Source: Nitrosopumilaceae archaeon (GTDB lineage Archaea; Thermoproteota; Nitrososphaeria; Nitrososphaerales; Nitrosopumilaceae). From it: DNA of 64,000 nucleotides. Shown here piece after piece: positions 9,966 through 20,251 of the stretch. Position 1 is the stretch's first letter, and the number at the start of each line of letters is the position of its first letter. The position numbers and the translations under genes were made by a program. The notes under the pieces are model-generated. The model saw only the letters and a list, made by a program, of their open reading frames with translations. It did no database searches and was not told the origin of the DNA. The DNA lies in the NCBI GenBank assembly GCA_965214835.1, contig CBDCCK010000002.1, positions 2,272,001 to 2,336,000 on the forward strand, in the 5' to 3' direction.

Positions 9966-10178
9966 ATGGGAATCGTATCCAAGGGTGCAAAGTGCAACGT
10001 GGATGGGTGCGATGACGACGGCGCACGCTCTCTTAACACCGCAAAGGTGGAAAATGCAGGACTGCAGGTAAACTCTGCCGGAAAAAAGACCGTCCTGTGC
10101 AAAAGGCACTATAAGGAGTACAAGAAAGAGTCCAAGGATGATCGTGAACTAGAGCGGGCACGGTTTGACAGGTTCTGA
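9966..10178 (+). CDS. Small conserved archaeal Zn-binding protein
   Basis: CNVDGC...LCKRHYKEYKK pattern. Confidence 0.8.
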   Translation: MGIVSKGAKCNVDGCDDDGARSLNTAKVENAGLQVNSAGKKTVLCKRHYKEYKKESKDDRELERARFDRF

Positions 10179-10343
10179 TCAATCCCGCCGCACTCGGGGA
10201 TGCAGCAGTATCAATAGGCCGGCCAAGCCAAGGGAAAGGCATTGGGGTACCAGCGCGGTACAAGACGCACGAGTAGCGATAAGGGACGGTTCCATCCTGC
10301 TTGCATCGGCCACTGTGGAATCAGCAGCTGCGACGGCTGGAAC

Positions 10344-11435
10344 CTACCTTCCTGGCCTTCCCGCGTTTAGTTTTTCCATTCCCCTAAAATAGTCCCTGCT
10401 CAGCCCGTCGTAAAGCGCACCGAGCCTCCCATAGAGCCGCTTGGACCTTCTCTTCTTTTGGCTGCTCAGGACATACAGCGCCAAGATTGGAAACGCAATT
10501 GTCGCGTCTGCGTATACCGTGACATTGTCCCTGTGCGCATCCTGGATCTTGCCCCAACTCTTGCCCTCCTGCAGAGTTGCACCCGACAGCCCCCCGGTGT
10601 CCGGCCGCGCATCCGTAATCTGGATGACATAGTCCTGGCCACCGTCGTTTCTCCTCAGTATCTGATCAAGCAGCGGCCCCGTCTGCTGGGCCGTGTTCTT
10701 TGGAACCCCCCCTCCCAGCTCGACAATACCTGACTTTTTTGAGTTGTACAGGATTGCCCCCTGCTCCAGGATCTCCCTTACAAAGTCCAGGCTGTATACC
10801 CTGTTCTCTAGCCTGTGTACTGCCAGGTTCAGTGCAAGGGACGAGTCCTTGAGCGTGGATATGTAGACCGGCACATCACAGTCATATGCGGCAGTCAGGA
10901 AGCTTTTTTCTGGATGCTTTGACTTTTCCTTGCTCATCTTTCCCAGAAAGTTGCAAAACTCCGCAGTGGTAAAGGGCTTTTCTACGAACTTGTCTCTGTA
11001 TAATTTCTGAATGACTTGATCCTCTGCCTCCAGGGTCTCGTAGAACTTTATGTACACGTCCCTAATCCTGACGATTTCGTTGTCGTACAGCTTTGCATCG
11101 TCAACGTCAAAATGGCCCTGCTTTACGGGCAGCCCCCAGGCAAAGTGATCCTCGTGATACACGTTTGCCCCGGTAGTTATGATCCAGTCTACGAACCCCC
11201 GCTCGATGAGGGTCTTGAAGATCCCGCCAAAGCCTACCGGCGTCATGGCCCCCGCTATCGTAAGACAGATAGTCGCGTCGTCCCTGATCATCTTTGCGTA
11301 AAGTTTTGCCGCATCCCCAAGCTGCCTTGCATTGTACCCTGAGGCCGCAAACATCTCGACTAGATCCTCGATCTTCATTCCAGGATCCAGCCTGATGTGC
11401 GGGATGTTCTTTCCCGTAAACCTGTGATGATCCAT
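10344..11435 (-). CDS. dys: Deoxyhypusine synthase family protein
   Basis: Motifs TTGAN, LGGGVPKN, TGGLSGATLQEGKSWGK and DATIAFP. Confidence 0.92.
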   Translation of the reverse strand: MDHHRFTGKNIPHIRLDPGMKIEDLVEMFAASGYNARQLGDAAKLYAKMIRDDATICLTIAGAMTPVGFGGIFKTLIERGFVDWIITTGANVYHEDHFAWGLPVKQGHFDVDDAKLYDNEIVRIRDVYIKFYETLEAEDQVIQKLYRDKFVEKPFTTAEFCNFLGKMSKEKSKHPEKSFLTAAYDCDVPVYISTLKDSSLALNLAVHRLENRVYSLDFVREILEQGAILYNSKKSGIVELGGGVPKNTAQQTGPLLDQILRRNDGGQDYVIQITDARPDTGGLSGATLQEGKSWGKIQDAHRDNVTVYADATIAFPILALYVLSSQKKRRSKRLYGRLGALYDGLSRDYFRGMEKLNAGRPGR

Positions 11436-11507
11436 CACCTCCCTTGGCGATTCTCGACTAGATAATAATTACGATACCCAAAATTACCGGCAGGTATACT
11501 AGTTGTC

Positions 11508-11846
11508 ATGAGGTTTGTAGACGTCCCTGATCCGGGCAGGGTTGCAAGTGGGCCCTCCCGGGTTTCGGTGATCCTTGAGGGCGGCAGCTTCTGGGAGCGG
11601 GGCTTTGAGATAACTCGCGTCGAGCTTTGCCTGTACGAGGAAAAAGCCGATGAGAGGCTTGGCACCTATTCCCTGATTACGTCCGTCGTTCATACCGACA
11701 GGGGCTCAATTGAGATGGTCTATGACGAAGGGTTCAGGGGGGAGGATCCCTTGGGGCGCGCCAGCCGGTTCCTTTCTGCCAACCTGGGAATATCCGGAGT
11801 CGTCCTACGATCCATTATTGCACTGGAACAGCTCACCAAGACATAA
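11508..11846 (+). CDS. Hypothetical protein
   Basis: Clean 112-aa ORF co-oriented upstream of thrS. Confidence 0.65.
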   Translation: MRFVDVPDPGRVASGPSRVSVILEGGSFWERGFEITRVELCLYEEKADERLGTYSLITSVVHTDRGSIEMVYDEGFRGEDPLGRASRFLSANLGISGVVLRSIIALEQLTKT

Positions 11847-11877
11847 CATTTAATTTCAAAATTTCCAGTGTGAAACC

Positions 11878-13734
11878 ATGCGGATCCTGCAGCTTCACTG
11901 TGACAGCATAGACTATGTCCCGACAAAAAAGGAGATCAGGTCTGCCGAGGACATTGCAAGCCCCGGGCCCCGGCACTTTGAGGAGGTGGTGGTGGCATTT
12001 GTGGCAGTAGAGGACGGCGATGACTCATCAGTGGCACAAAGGGCGGTATCCCAAATCAGATCCTCGATGGAGAAGATCGGCTGCAAAAGGCTGCTCCTAT
12101 ATCCTTATGCCCACCTCAGCTCCGACCTTGCGGCCCCCTCCACTGCAATGCCCCTGCTCAAGGAAATGGAGTCAGCAGCATCTGATCTTGAGGTGTCTTG
12201 CTCCCCGTTTGGCTGGACAAAGTCCTACCAGGTCAAGGTAAAGGGGCATCCGCTAGCCGAGAGCTTCCGGGTCATCACCAAGGATGATGCCGGGGGGGAG
12301 GTGACGTCTGACGCGCTGAGGGGCGAGTCCGGGATCGAGTCCTGCTGGAACATCCTGTCCCCCGACGGGACGATGATCCCAGTCGAGGAGTTTGATTTTG
12401 GGGATCACAAAAAGCTGGAGGTTCTCTCAAGGTACGAGGCGGCCAAGAAAAGAAGCACGGACGAGCCTCCGCCGCATGTAGCCCTGATGAAGAGGATGGC
12501 GATTGCAGACTATGAGCCGGCGTCTGACTCTGGAAACATGCGGTTTTATCCCAACGGGCGCCTGATAAAGTCTCTGATCGAGCAGTACGTCACAAACCGC
12601 GTCAGGGAGTATGGCGGATACGAGGTGGAGACCCCGATCATGTATGACTCCCACCATCCCAGCATGGAGAGCTACTTTAACCGGTTCCCTGCAAGGCAGT
12701 ACAGCATCGACTCTGAAGGAAAGCAGCTCTTCTTGAGGTTTGCCGCATGCTTTGGGCAGTTTTTGATGGCAAACGACTTTCAAATGTCCTACAAGAACCT
12801 GCCCTACAGGCTGTACGAGCTGACCAGGTACAGCTTTAGGCGTGAGCAGTCCGGCGAGCTTGTGGGGCTGAGGCGGCTGCGCGCATTCACCATGCCTGAC
12901 TGCCATGCCTTTTGTGCCGACATGGACCAGGCGGCCGGTGAGCTTCAGGCACGGTTTGATCTGTCAAAGAGCGTAATCAGGGAGCTTGGAATAGGGGAGG
13001 ACGGCTACGAGATGGCAGTCCGGTTTACGGAGGACTTTTACAGCCAGAACAGGGAGGTGGTCTTGGAGCTTGTCAAAAAGCACGGCAAGCCGGTACTCGT
13101 TGAGATGTGGAAGGAAAAGTTCTTTTATTTTGTCCTAAAATGGGAGTTCAACTATATCGACAACCTTGGAAAGGCGTCCGCACTGTCCACTGACCAGATT
13201 GACGTCGAGAACGGAGGCAGGTATGGAATAGAGTTCGTCGACGAAAACAACACCCAGAGGCATCCCCTCATACTTCACAACTCCCCGAGCGGGGCCGTAG
13301 AGCGCGTAATCTACGCCCTTTTGGAGGAGGCCGCAAAGGATGCCGCGGAGGGCAGAAAGCCGGAGCTTCCGCTGTGGCTTGCCCCCACACAGGTGCGAAT
13401 AATCCCACTCAAGGAGGAGTTTGCCGAATTCTCAAAGAACCTAGCCGACGGGATCTCCTCCCACAACGTCCGGGTCGACATCGATGACAGAAACGAATCC
13501 ATCGGAAAGAGAATCCGGGAGGGCGAAAAGGAGTGGATCCGCTACATATTGGTCATAGGTGCAAGGGAGGCGCAGTCTCACAGCCTGAGCATTCGTGACA
13601 GGAGGACCGGAGACGTGCGCGAGATATCCTTTGACGATTTTATCGCAGAGATCCACGAGGAAACCAAGGGAAGGCCATACTCTGCACTGAACCTTCCGCG
13701 GTACCTCTCAAAGAGGCCCCAGATCATGGTGTGA
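11878..13734 (+). CDS. thrS: Threonine--tRNA ligase, archaeal type
   Basis: Archaeal editing domain (MRILQLH, YPYAHLSSDL, PFGW) and class II motifs FRREQSGEL and HNSPSGAVER. Confidence 0.97.
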   Translation: MRILQLHCDSIDYVPTKKEIRSAEDIASPGPRHFEEVVVAFVAVEDGDDSSVAQRAVSQIRSSMEKIGCKRLLLYPYAHLSSDLAAPSTAMPLLKEMESAASDLEVSCSPFGWTKSYQVKVKGHPLAESFRVITKDDAGGEVTSDALRGESGIESCWNILSPDGTMIPVEEFDFGDHKKLEVLSRYEAAKKRSTDEPPPHVALMKRMAIADYEPASDSGNMRFYPNGRLIKSLIEQYVTNRVREYGGYEVETPIMYDSHHPSMESYFNRFPARQYSIDSEGKQLFLRFAACFGQFLMANDFQMSYKNLPYRLYELTRYSFRREQSGELVGLRRLRAFTMPDCHAFCADMDQAAGELQARFDLSKSVIRELGIGEDGYEMAVRFTEDFYSQNREVVLELVKKHGKPVLVEMWKEKFFYFVLKWEFNYIDNLGKASALSTDQIDVENGGRYGIEFVDENNTQRHPLILHNSPSGAVERVIYALLEEAAKDAAEGRKPELPLWLAPTQVRIIPLKEEFAEFSKNLADGISSHNVRVDIDDRNESIGKRIREGEKEWIRYILVIGAREAQSHSLSIRDRRTGDVREISFDDFIAEIHEETKGRPYSALNLPRYLSKRPQIMV

Positions 13735-13738
13735 CAGG

Positions 13739-14617
13739 TTGAGCTTCATCGACCTCTATCTTAACCGAAACCCCCTGATATCTGCCCCCGGGGATGGCTC
13801 GGAGCCCGTAGCCACCGTGTTTGGGATTCCCTTTGACTCTACTCACTCTTACAAGCCCGGATGCCGGTTTGGGCCCGATGCAATCCGCGAGGCCTTTAAC
13901 AACATCGAGATCTTTCACCCCGATCTGCAGGTTGACTTGGAGTCTGCCGGAATCGAGGATCTCGGAAACACCACCCACACCGTGGCCGCATCCGAGATGA
14001 TCAACATGGCAAGAAAGGTCACGGGGGAGCTTGTCGGCCGTGGCAGGCAGCTGCTCATCCTGGGCGGCGAGCACTCTATCACGTATGGAACATACACGGG
14101 CTTTCCAAGGGAGACCGGATACATTGTATTTGACGCGCACTATGACCTGCGTGACCAGTATGCCGGCACCAAGCTGAGCCATGCGTCCTATCTGAGGCGC
14201 ATTGTCGAGGAGCGCGGTGCCGACAGCATCGTCCATGTCGGTGCCAGGGCATTTGTCAAAGAGGAGCTTGCGTTTTTGACGGAGCATCGCATCAGAACAA
14301 TCACCGACAGGGACATCCGTGGCGGCAGCGGCCCGAGACTGGTAAGGGACGCGGTATCTGTATTTGATGAGACGTATGCAAGCTTTGATCTGGACGTGCT
14401 GGATCCGGCCTTTGCCCCCGGGGTCGGAAATCCGGAGGCCGAGGGCATAACCTCGCGGGAGCTCCTTGACATGGTCCGCTCCATGGACGGCACCATGCTG
14501 ACCGGCGTTGACATTGTCGAGCTGAACCCCCAGAATGATACCGGGGCCACTGCCGCCATGGCTGCCAAAATCGCCTCCACCGTCATTGCTATGGGCCTCG
14601 CAGATGGCAGCGCCTGA
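13739..14617 (+). CDS. speB: Agmatinase
   Basis: Ureohydrolase motifs GGEHS, DAHYD and DLDVLDPAFAPG. Confidence 0.92.
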   Translation: MSFIDLYLNRNPLISAPGDGSEPVATVFGIPFDSTHSYKPGCRFGPDAIREAFNNIEIFHPDLQVDLESAGIEDLGNTTHTVAASEMINMARKVTGELVGRGRQLLILGGEHSITYGTYTGFPRETGYIVFDAHYDLRDQYAGTKLSHASYLRRIVEERGADSIVHVGARAFVKEELAFLTEHRIRTITDRDIRGGSGPRLVRDAVSVFDETYASFDLDVLDPAFAPGVGNPEAEGITSRELLDMVRSMDGTMLTGVDIVELNPQNDTGATAAMAAKIASTVIAMGLADGSA

Positions 14618-14877
14618 CCCGTGCACGGATCCTGCCTTTTTTTCAGCCACGGTTTCCGTGTGCCCCGGCGTGCGTTCATGCCGGCACCCGGGGATCAGAC
14701 TCGCGCAGTGGATGCGGCAGTTATCGGGACGGCACGCATGAGATGTCCCGGCCCGGCCAGATTCGTCACAGTGGCCGTCGTTGTTTGGCAGGCGGCCCGG
14801 CCCATGCCGGACGTGCAGACTTGGGGGATCTCCTGGCCGTCGTTATTTTATATATGCATCGGGACTGGTGATTTTGC

Positions 14878-15450
14878 ATGCTCAACAACCTAAGAGAGCG
14901 CCTCAGACCGATCCTTGAGGGCATAGGACGCAGTTTTGCATCGACGGGACTGTCTCCTAACACTTGGACGTCCGTAGGACTGGCGTTTGCATTTGCCTCC
15001 GCAGCTGTCTATGGCACCGGCTATGAGTTTGCCTTTGTTGTTGCCGGAGTCCTGCTTTTGGTCTCTGGATTCTTTGACATTGTTGACGGGCAGGTCGCGC
15101 GCGTAACCAAGAAGGCATCCCAAAGGGGATCGTTTCTTGACTCAATGTCAGACAAGATTGCAGAGGTCGCAATCTTCATGGGAATCCTAGTGGGAGGATA
15201 TGCCGAGCCTTATCTCGTACTGCCTGCAATTACGCTGTCTCTGCTGGTAAGCTATGCACGCTCCAAGGCCGAGTCCCTGGGAGTGAGGCTTCAGGGAATC
15301 GGAATTGGGGAGAGGGCCGAGCGGCTGCTGGTAATTGCGATTCTGGGCATAATCCCCGGAATGATGGAGATTGCAATGGTCATCGTGATCATCATAGCCG
15401 CAATAACGCTGGTTCAAAGGATGATCTTTACTGCAAAAAGACTGGACTGA
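14878..15450 (+). CDS. CDP-alcohol phosphatidyltransferase (archaetidylinositol-phosphate synthase-like)
   Basis: Signature DIVDGQVAR...GSFLDSMSD. Confidence 0.9.
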   Translation: MLNNLRERLRPILEGIGRSFASTGLSPNTWTSVGLAFAFASAAVYGTGYEFAFVVAGVLLLVSGFFDIVDGQVARVTKKASQRGSFLDSMSDKIAEVAIFMGILVGGYAEPYLVLPAITLSLLVSYARSKAESLGVRLQGIGIGERAERLLVIAILGIIPGMMEIAMVIVIIIAAITLVQRMIFTAKRLD

Positions 15451-15738
15451 CTATCGCAGCCTGCCGCGCTTTCTCCTGTTGTCTGCAGACCGAATCTTCA
15501 GAATCTTGAAGTGAATTGCGCACGAAATGCAGTACCAGTTGAGAACCTTTGGCGATGCAATGTAGGCCCCCTGCGCGCGTAGCTCCTTTGCCAGCGTGTG
15601 CTCTACGAGATTCAGCCTGGAGGTGACCTTCTTGGCCTTGTCCTTGGGTACAGTCTGTGCGCAGTTTGAGCACTGGACTACGCCTGTGGAGCCCTTTCCC
15701 CCCTTTGTACGGCCCCTGCTGGCACGCTTGAGTGGCAT
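15451..15738 (-). CDS. rps26e: 30S ribosomal protein S26e
   Basis: CSNC...VPKDKA and YCISCAIH motifs. Confidence 0.97.
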   Translation of the reverse strand: MPLKRASRGRTKGGKGSTGVVQCSNCAQTVPKDKAKKVTSRLNLVEHTLAKELRAQGAYIASPKVLNWYCISCAIHFKILKIRSADNRRKRGRLR

Positions 15739-15786
15739 GGGCTAACAGGGTTATCCCCTACTTATAATCTTGCAGTTTGGCAGCTG

Positions 15787-15875
15787 GTAAGTTTACCCCT
15801 GGGAGACACTGCGGGCTAGAACACTTGATCACCATGCCTACCATGTCGTATCTTCCGGAGGGGGTAAGCTCTTAC
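15787..15875. mobile_element. MITE family 1 copy
   Basis: Reverse complement aligns with 5122-5209 and ends in GGGGGTAAGCTCTTAC. Confidence 0.8.
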
Positions 15876-15956
15876 GGCAAAGGGGATGCGGCCACACACC
15901 AGATGATCAGAGCCCCCTAATCACCCTTGGGTGCTTGGCGGCATTGTCGTATGGAT

Positions 15957-16038
15957 AAAACGAGGGCGGCGATGGAGCCGTGACGATTAGATCGTCCCTG
16001 CGACGGGATGATCCTAATTCCATCAGAGCCCTCGTTTT
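15957..16038. other. Long imperfect hairpin (candidate structured RNA or palindromic element)
   Basis: Nested arms AAAACGAGGGC/GCCCTCGTTTT, GATGGA/TCCATC, ATTAG/CTAAT and GATCGTCCC/GGGATGATC. Confidence 0.6.
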
Positions 16039-16076
16039 TTGATTCCTTTTACTTCATTTTAGCCTTTCGAGATTGG

Positions 16077-16187
16077 CAGCTAGGTGAAATGTAGATGGGA
16101 TTGTTGTTTTTGTCTTGATGTTGAGGCGTCATGTTTCCTGCCTGATTTTCTGTTTTTGCTCGATTTTTGGTACGTTTCACCTGCCTG
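16077..16187. mobile_element. Putative degenerate MITE with CAG-type ends
   Basis: Imperfect inverted ends CAGCTAGGTGAAATGTA and TACGTTTCACCTGCCTG. A similar end lies at 5097-5117. Confidence 0.4.
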
Positions 16188-16203
16188 TTTGAGGTAAGAG
16201 TTT

Positions 16204-17619
16204 CAGTAGTTCTTCGATGTACTTTTGCAGGCACGATAATTACGCAATTTGCCGAGATTTTTTGACCATCATACTATAGATCAGGCGGTGTGCCAACCAT
16301 CATCATGTCAGTAACACAAAACGACGTGTTTGCACACCAGTTTGACATAACATCGAGACAGTTTAAAACATTGCGACGGCGGTTTCCCAAGCTCGGGCTG
16401 GCCGTCTCAAAGAGTCGCAACGCAGTGTATGACCACATCGACGCACTGCGCGTTCTATATTTCATGTCTGAGAGGAGGATGTTTGCAGAATCTGCCGTGA
16501 CGCACCTTCGCAGGCGGGCCTCAAAATGCAGCAGGCAGCAGCATGACGACGGGGCTGCCTCCAAGGGCGGCGCGTATAGTTGCCGTACGCCTAGTCCGGA
16601 CTGGATCCTAAAGGCGATCCGGGGCGTCAGCCTGGATGATGCGCAAAAGTGGTGCAGCTCCATGCTGCAGCATACGGTAAGGTGCGCCCGCAGGTCAGGC
16701 ATGCTGCACAACACGGACGTCGTGGCAGTGGACGTTACCGACGTGGAATACTATGGCAAGGGCCTGGAGGATATCGCCAGAAAGTCAAAGCCCAAGAACG
16801 GCACGTCGACGTTTCTCTCGCACATTACCATGCACGGAATAGGATCAGATGACGGGTCTGACCTCGTGCTTTCCTCGCTGCAGCTTCCAAAAGAGGCAAA
16901 ACTGGCCGATTTCGTGCCTAAAATGATCCGCAAGGCGTCCAGATCAGGGATGAGGATCAAGACGTTCCTGTATGACCGCGGGTTCTTTAACGTGGACTGC
17001 ATGAGGGCTGCAGAAACAAGCACGGGCAGCTACATCATGCCTGCCGTCAAGAACAGGAGGATAGTGGCGGCAATAGAGGAGCATGACCGCGGAGAACGCG
17101 GTGCGGTATCAAAATATACAATGACCAACAAGGACGGCAAGAGCGCCACATTCAGGCTAGTCATTGTGGAAAAGGACGAGGTAGAAAAGGACGGCACGGC
17201 AGCAGCAAAGAAGGACAAGGCAGAAGAGACCATAGCCGACAGGTATCTGGTCTTTGCCACCAACATGTCTGCTAAAAGTGCAGAGGCAGTCATTGAGCAG
17301 ATACCGGAGGAGTACCGCAGTCGGTGGGGAATCGAGACCGGGTTCAGGGTGATCAAGGGGATAATGGGCAAGACGTGCAGCAATTCCCCGGTCGTCAGGC
17401 TGCTGCTGTTCTATATGTCTGTCATACTGTACAACCTGTGGAGGACTGCCGTGTTCATAGACGTGGAATCCAAGTGGGACGGATTTGCAGGAGGGAAGGG
17501 GTTTACCATGATGCTGTTTGTCGCGTGCATTGTCGATGCGGCCGACTCGTTTGTAAACGATCGCGGAAAGTAGCGGAGGTGCCGTGTCGGGTCTGCAAAA
17601 GTACATCTAGGAAGTACTG
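16204..17619 (+). mobile_element. ISH3-family insertion sequence, copy A2 (1416 bp), inserted in a MITE family 1 element (16194 to about 17703)
   Basis: Essentially the same TIRs as copy A1 and an identical transposase, with a GTTT TSD. The flanks rejoin to GTAAGAGTTTGCCCCTCCCGAA. Confidence 0.93.
16290..17573 (+). CDS. ISH3/IS4-like DDE transposase (identical to 2378-3661)
   Basis: Identical 427-aa translation. Confidence 0.93.
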   Translation: MPTIIMSVTQNDVFAHQFDITSRQFKTLRRRFPKLGLAVSKSRNAVYDHIDALRVLYFMSERRMFAESAVTHLRRRASKCSRQQHDDGAASKGGAYSCRTPSPDWILKAIRGVSLDDAQKWCSSMLQHTVRCARRSGMLHNTDVVAVDVTDVEYYGKGLEDIARKSKPKNGTSTFLSHITMHGIGSDDGSDLVLSSLQLPKEAKLADFVPKMIRKASRSGMRIKTFLYDRGFFNVDCMRAAETSTGSYIMPAVKNRRIVAAIEEHDRGERGAVSKYTMTNKDGKSATFRLVIVEKDEVEKDGTAAAKKDKAEETIADRYLVFATNMSAKSAEAVIEQIPEEYRSRWGIETGFRVIKGIMGKTCSNSPVVRLLLFYMSVILYNLWRTAVFIDVESKWDGFAGGKGFTMMLFVACIVDAADSFVNDRGK

Positions 17620-17891
17620 GTTTGCCCCTCCCGAAACTACGGCGTGGTGGGCATGATCATGAAGGCCGCGATCGGCGCCGTCGTCTGAGGAATAATCCCC
17701 TACGGCAGTTTTGAGGCATTTCTGCCATATTCCTTTAATCTTAGATCGTCGTATAAGGTTATGATGCGTGGATTGTGTCATCGCTGCCTGAGCTCAAACG
17801 CCGAGCTTGTGGTGGACAGGGGAAGGATTATGTGCACTGGCTGCCATGAAAAGCAAAACACTAAATCCTGATCCCTGCCACCCTTGGCTAA

Positions 17892-18764
17892 ATGAAGCTG
17901 GACATATACGCACACTGTGCAATCGATACGATTTCAATCGGCCAATCGCGATACCGGCAGGCCGGCGGCCCTGCCTGCTATTGCGGCCATGCTGCAAGGA
18001 AGCTAAAGTTTGACGTAGGCCTCCACACAAAGTTTGGAAGTGATTTTCCACATTCTGAGTGCCTGGACGACCTTGGAATTCAATACGACGAGGCGCTGTC
18101 TGATGCACCTACAACAAAATTTCGAATCAACGTCAGGGGCGCAGAGCGTGATCTCTTCCTCGAAAGCAAGTGCGAGCCCCTAGCCTTTTGTGATTCAGAA
18201 TCCGATGGCGTCCTGATCAGCCCCGTCTTTGACGAGGTCTCCGCTGAGACGTTTGCAAGGGTTAAGGACGGCTCGAAGTCCGTCTTTGTGGATCCACAGG
18301 GGTTTCTCCGACGCGCAGACGGTAAAGGCATGGTGTACCTGGAAAAGACCGACGTTGATCTGTCCGGGGTGCGCGCGATCAAGTCCAGTCCCGATGAGAT
18401 GGAGCGGCTGGTCGGAAGCTCGGATCTTGGGGGCATGAGGATGCTTCAGAAAAGGGGCGTGGACTATGTTCTCAGGACAAACGGGACGGAGGTCTCCCTG
18501 CTAGACGGTGACAGGCTGTACTCGCTCAGGCTGCCAAACAAGAAGGTCTATGACACGACGGGCATCGGGGATATCTTCAGTGCGACATTTGCATGCACCA
18601 TGCTAAGGGAAAGGGACTCGCTGTGGGCGCTGTGCTTTGCCGGCGGCTCTGCGCAGGCCGCACTTGAGACGGGGGACGTGGGCCTGCAAAAGGTTCCAGA
18701 AAGGGGCGCCACCGCCACGAATGCGTCGTATTTTTACAATACGGTTGATTTCAAGCAGGTATAG
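17892..18764 (+). CDS. PfkB/ribokinase-family kinase
   Basis: Motifs QAGGPACY, VDPQG and DTTGIGDIF. Confidence 0.88.
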   Translation: MKLDIYAHCAIDTISIGQSRYRQAGGPACYCGHAARKLKFDVGLHTKFGSDFPHSECLDDLGIQYDEALSDAPTTKFRINVRGAERDLFLESKCEPLAFCDSESDGVLISPVFDEVSAETFARVKDGSKSVFVDPQGFLRRADGKGMVYLEKTDVDLSGVRAIKSSPDEMERLVGSSDLGGMRMLQKRGVDYVLRTNGTEVSLLDGDRLYSLRLPNKKVYDTTGIGDIFSATFACTMLRERDSLWALCFAGGSAQAALETGDVGLQKVPERGATATNASYFYNTVDFKQV

Positions 18765-18801
18765 CTTGTAGGCTTTTATTGCACATTTTCGACATTTCCT
18801 T

Positions 18802-19803
18802 GTGCAAATCGGGATCTACACATCAGGTGCCTCCGAATCCTCAATCAAGAGGATAAGAAAGGTTCTAGACTATGCAGACATTGCCAATTTTATCATCGGG
18901 CCCAAGTCAAAATCCAAAAAGGCCGACTGTGTCCTGGTCTTGGGCGGAGACAGGGGCGTCCGGAACTACTTTCACAGGACCTTTGATGCGACCACCCCCG
19001 TTGTCGGGATGAGCGAAGGCGAGTCCAGCGGCTTTTTGGCCCAGATCGACTATAAGGAGTTTACATCCCACGTCTCCCGCCTGAAGACGAAAAACTACAA
19101 GATAGAGGAGGTTCCCAGACTCGGCGTCAAGGTGGATGGAAAAAACGTGTACCCCGTCCTCAACGATGTGGCAGTCTTCTCCTCAAAAAGCGCAATGCTG
19201 ATGGAGCACACCCTGAGGGTAAACGGCCAGGAGGTGTGGCACGACAGCGGCGACGGCATAATAGTCTCCACACCCATCGGCTCGTCTGCATACTCGATGT
19301 CTGCAGGCGGCCCCGTGATATTTCAAGAGTCACCGGTGTTTGGCATAATCTCTGTGAACTCCCTTGACGTCACGCGCCGCCCGCTGGTCGTCTCAAACGA
19401 CAGCTGCATAGAGATAGACGACATCTATGCAAGGCTGCACTGTGAGGTGGTGCTAGACGGAATCGACCGCTACAGCGTCAAAAAGCTGGTAGAGTGCGCC
19501 AAATTCTCCCCGCCTGCAAGGATAATCCGGCTAAAGGAGAACTCCACTGCGATCTCCGCACTTGCAAAGAAGGTCAACCTTGCAAAGGAGCTGCTCAGCA
19601 TGCCCCCGAGCTCCAAGCTGCTGCTCAAGACGCTAGAGTACGAGGGCGCGCTTACGCAAAAGGATCTTGCAAACAAGACCCTGCTTCCGGAGAGGACCGT
19701 GCGGCTGGCCCTCAGCCACCTCCTGGAGAAGGGATACGTCAAAAGGAAGATCTCCATCCGGGACGCCCGGCAAAAAATTTACGAGATACCGGAATTGGAA
19801 TAA
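18802..19803 (+). CDS. NAD(+) kinase fused to a C-terminal winged-helix domain
   Basis: Motifs GGD, LND and GDGIIVSTPIGSSAYSMSAGGP, followed by a wHTH (LTQKDLANKTLLPERTVRLAL). Confidence 0.88.
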   Translation: MQIGIYTSGASESSIKRIRKVLDYADIANFIIGPKSKSKKADCVLVLGGDRGVRNYFHRTFDATTPVVGMSEGESSGFLAQIDYKEFTSHVSRLKTKNYKIEEVPRLGVKVDGKNVYPVLNDVAVFSSKSAMLMEHTLRVNGQEVWHDSGDGIIVSTPIGSSAYSMSAGGPVIFQESPVFGIISVNSLDVTRRPLVVSNDSCIEIDDIYARLHCEVVLDGIDRYSVKKLVECAKFSPPARIIRLKENSTAISALAKKVNLAKELLSMPPSSKLLLKTLEYEGALTQKDLANKTLLPERTVRLALSHLLEKGYVKRKISIRDARQKIYEIPELE

Positions 19804-19816
19804 ATAGCAGGCTGGC

Positions 19817-20251
19817 ATGCAGGACAGCATGCCTGAAAAAGTCTGGGTGGGCTCGATCTTCATCAAGGACGAGGGCGGGTTTGACATCATCATGCGCGCC
19901 CTGAACCACTACAACCGCCGCCTGCACCGCATCTCTGACAGCCCCGAGATTGCCGGTGCCGGGGCGATGTTTGCCTCCATCCTGCAGTCCGAGTCCGTGA
20001 GGACTGCCCCCCGGCTCAGGCCGATTGCCGACAGACTGCGTGCTGGACTGGCCGACGCATCGGCGCTTGCCGCACTGGAGGACGACATTGAGATCATCGA
20101 AAAGGCAATGGTCTGCTACAGGTCTGACTCCCAAAAGGCCATCGAGAATGTCGACGGGTACTACACAGGGCTGGCAGAGGGAAACAAATACTATCGGCAG
20201 GACGTCAAAATTCTGGACGACTGCATCGCGAGGCTAAAAAGGTACGACTAG
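19817..20251 (+). CDS. Hypothetical protein
   Basis: Clean helical ORF in operon-like position after the NAD kinase gene. Confidence 0.7.
   Translation: MQDSMPEKVWVGSIFIKDEGGFDIIMRALNHYNRRLHRISDSPEIAGAGAMFASILQSESVRTAPRLRPIADRLRAGLADASALAALEDDIEIIEKAMVCYRSDSQKAIENVDGYYTGLAEGNKYYRQDVKILDDCIARLKRYD

Noticed and set aside
13724-14650. Long antisense ORFs (here and for example 29850-30719, 41099-41818, 23226-23918)
   Set aside because: They are shadows of well-supported genes on the opposite strand in GC-rich DNA.
15968-16030. GGCGATGGAG resembling a fluoride riboswitch
   Set aside because: The downstream conserved pseudoknot elements are absent and there is no fluoride-related gene nearby.
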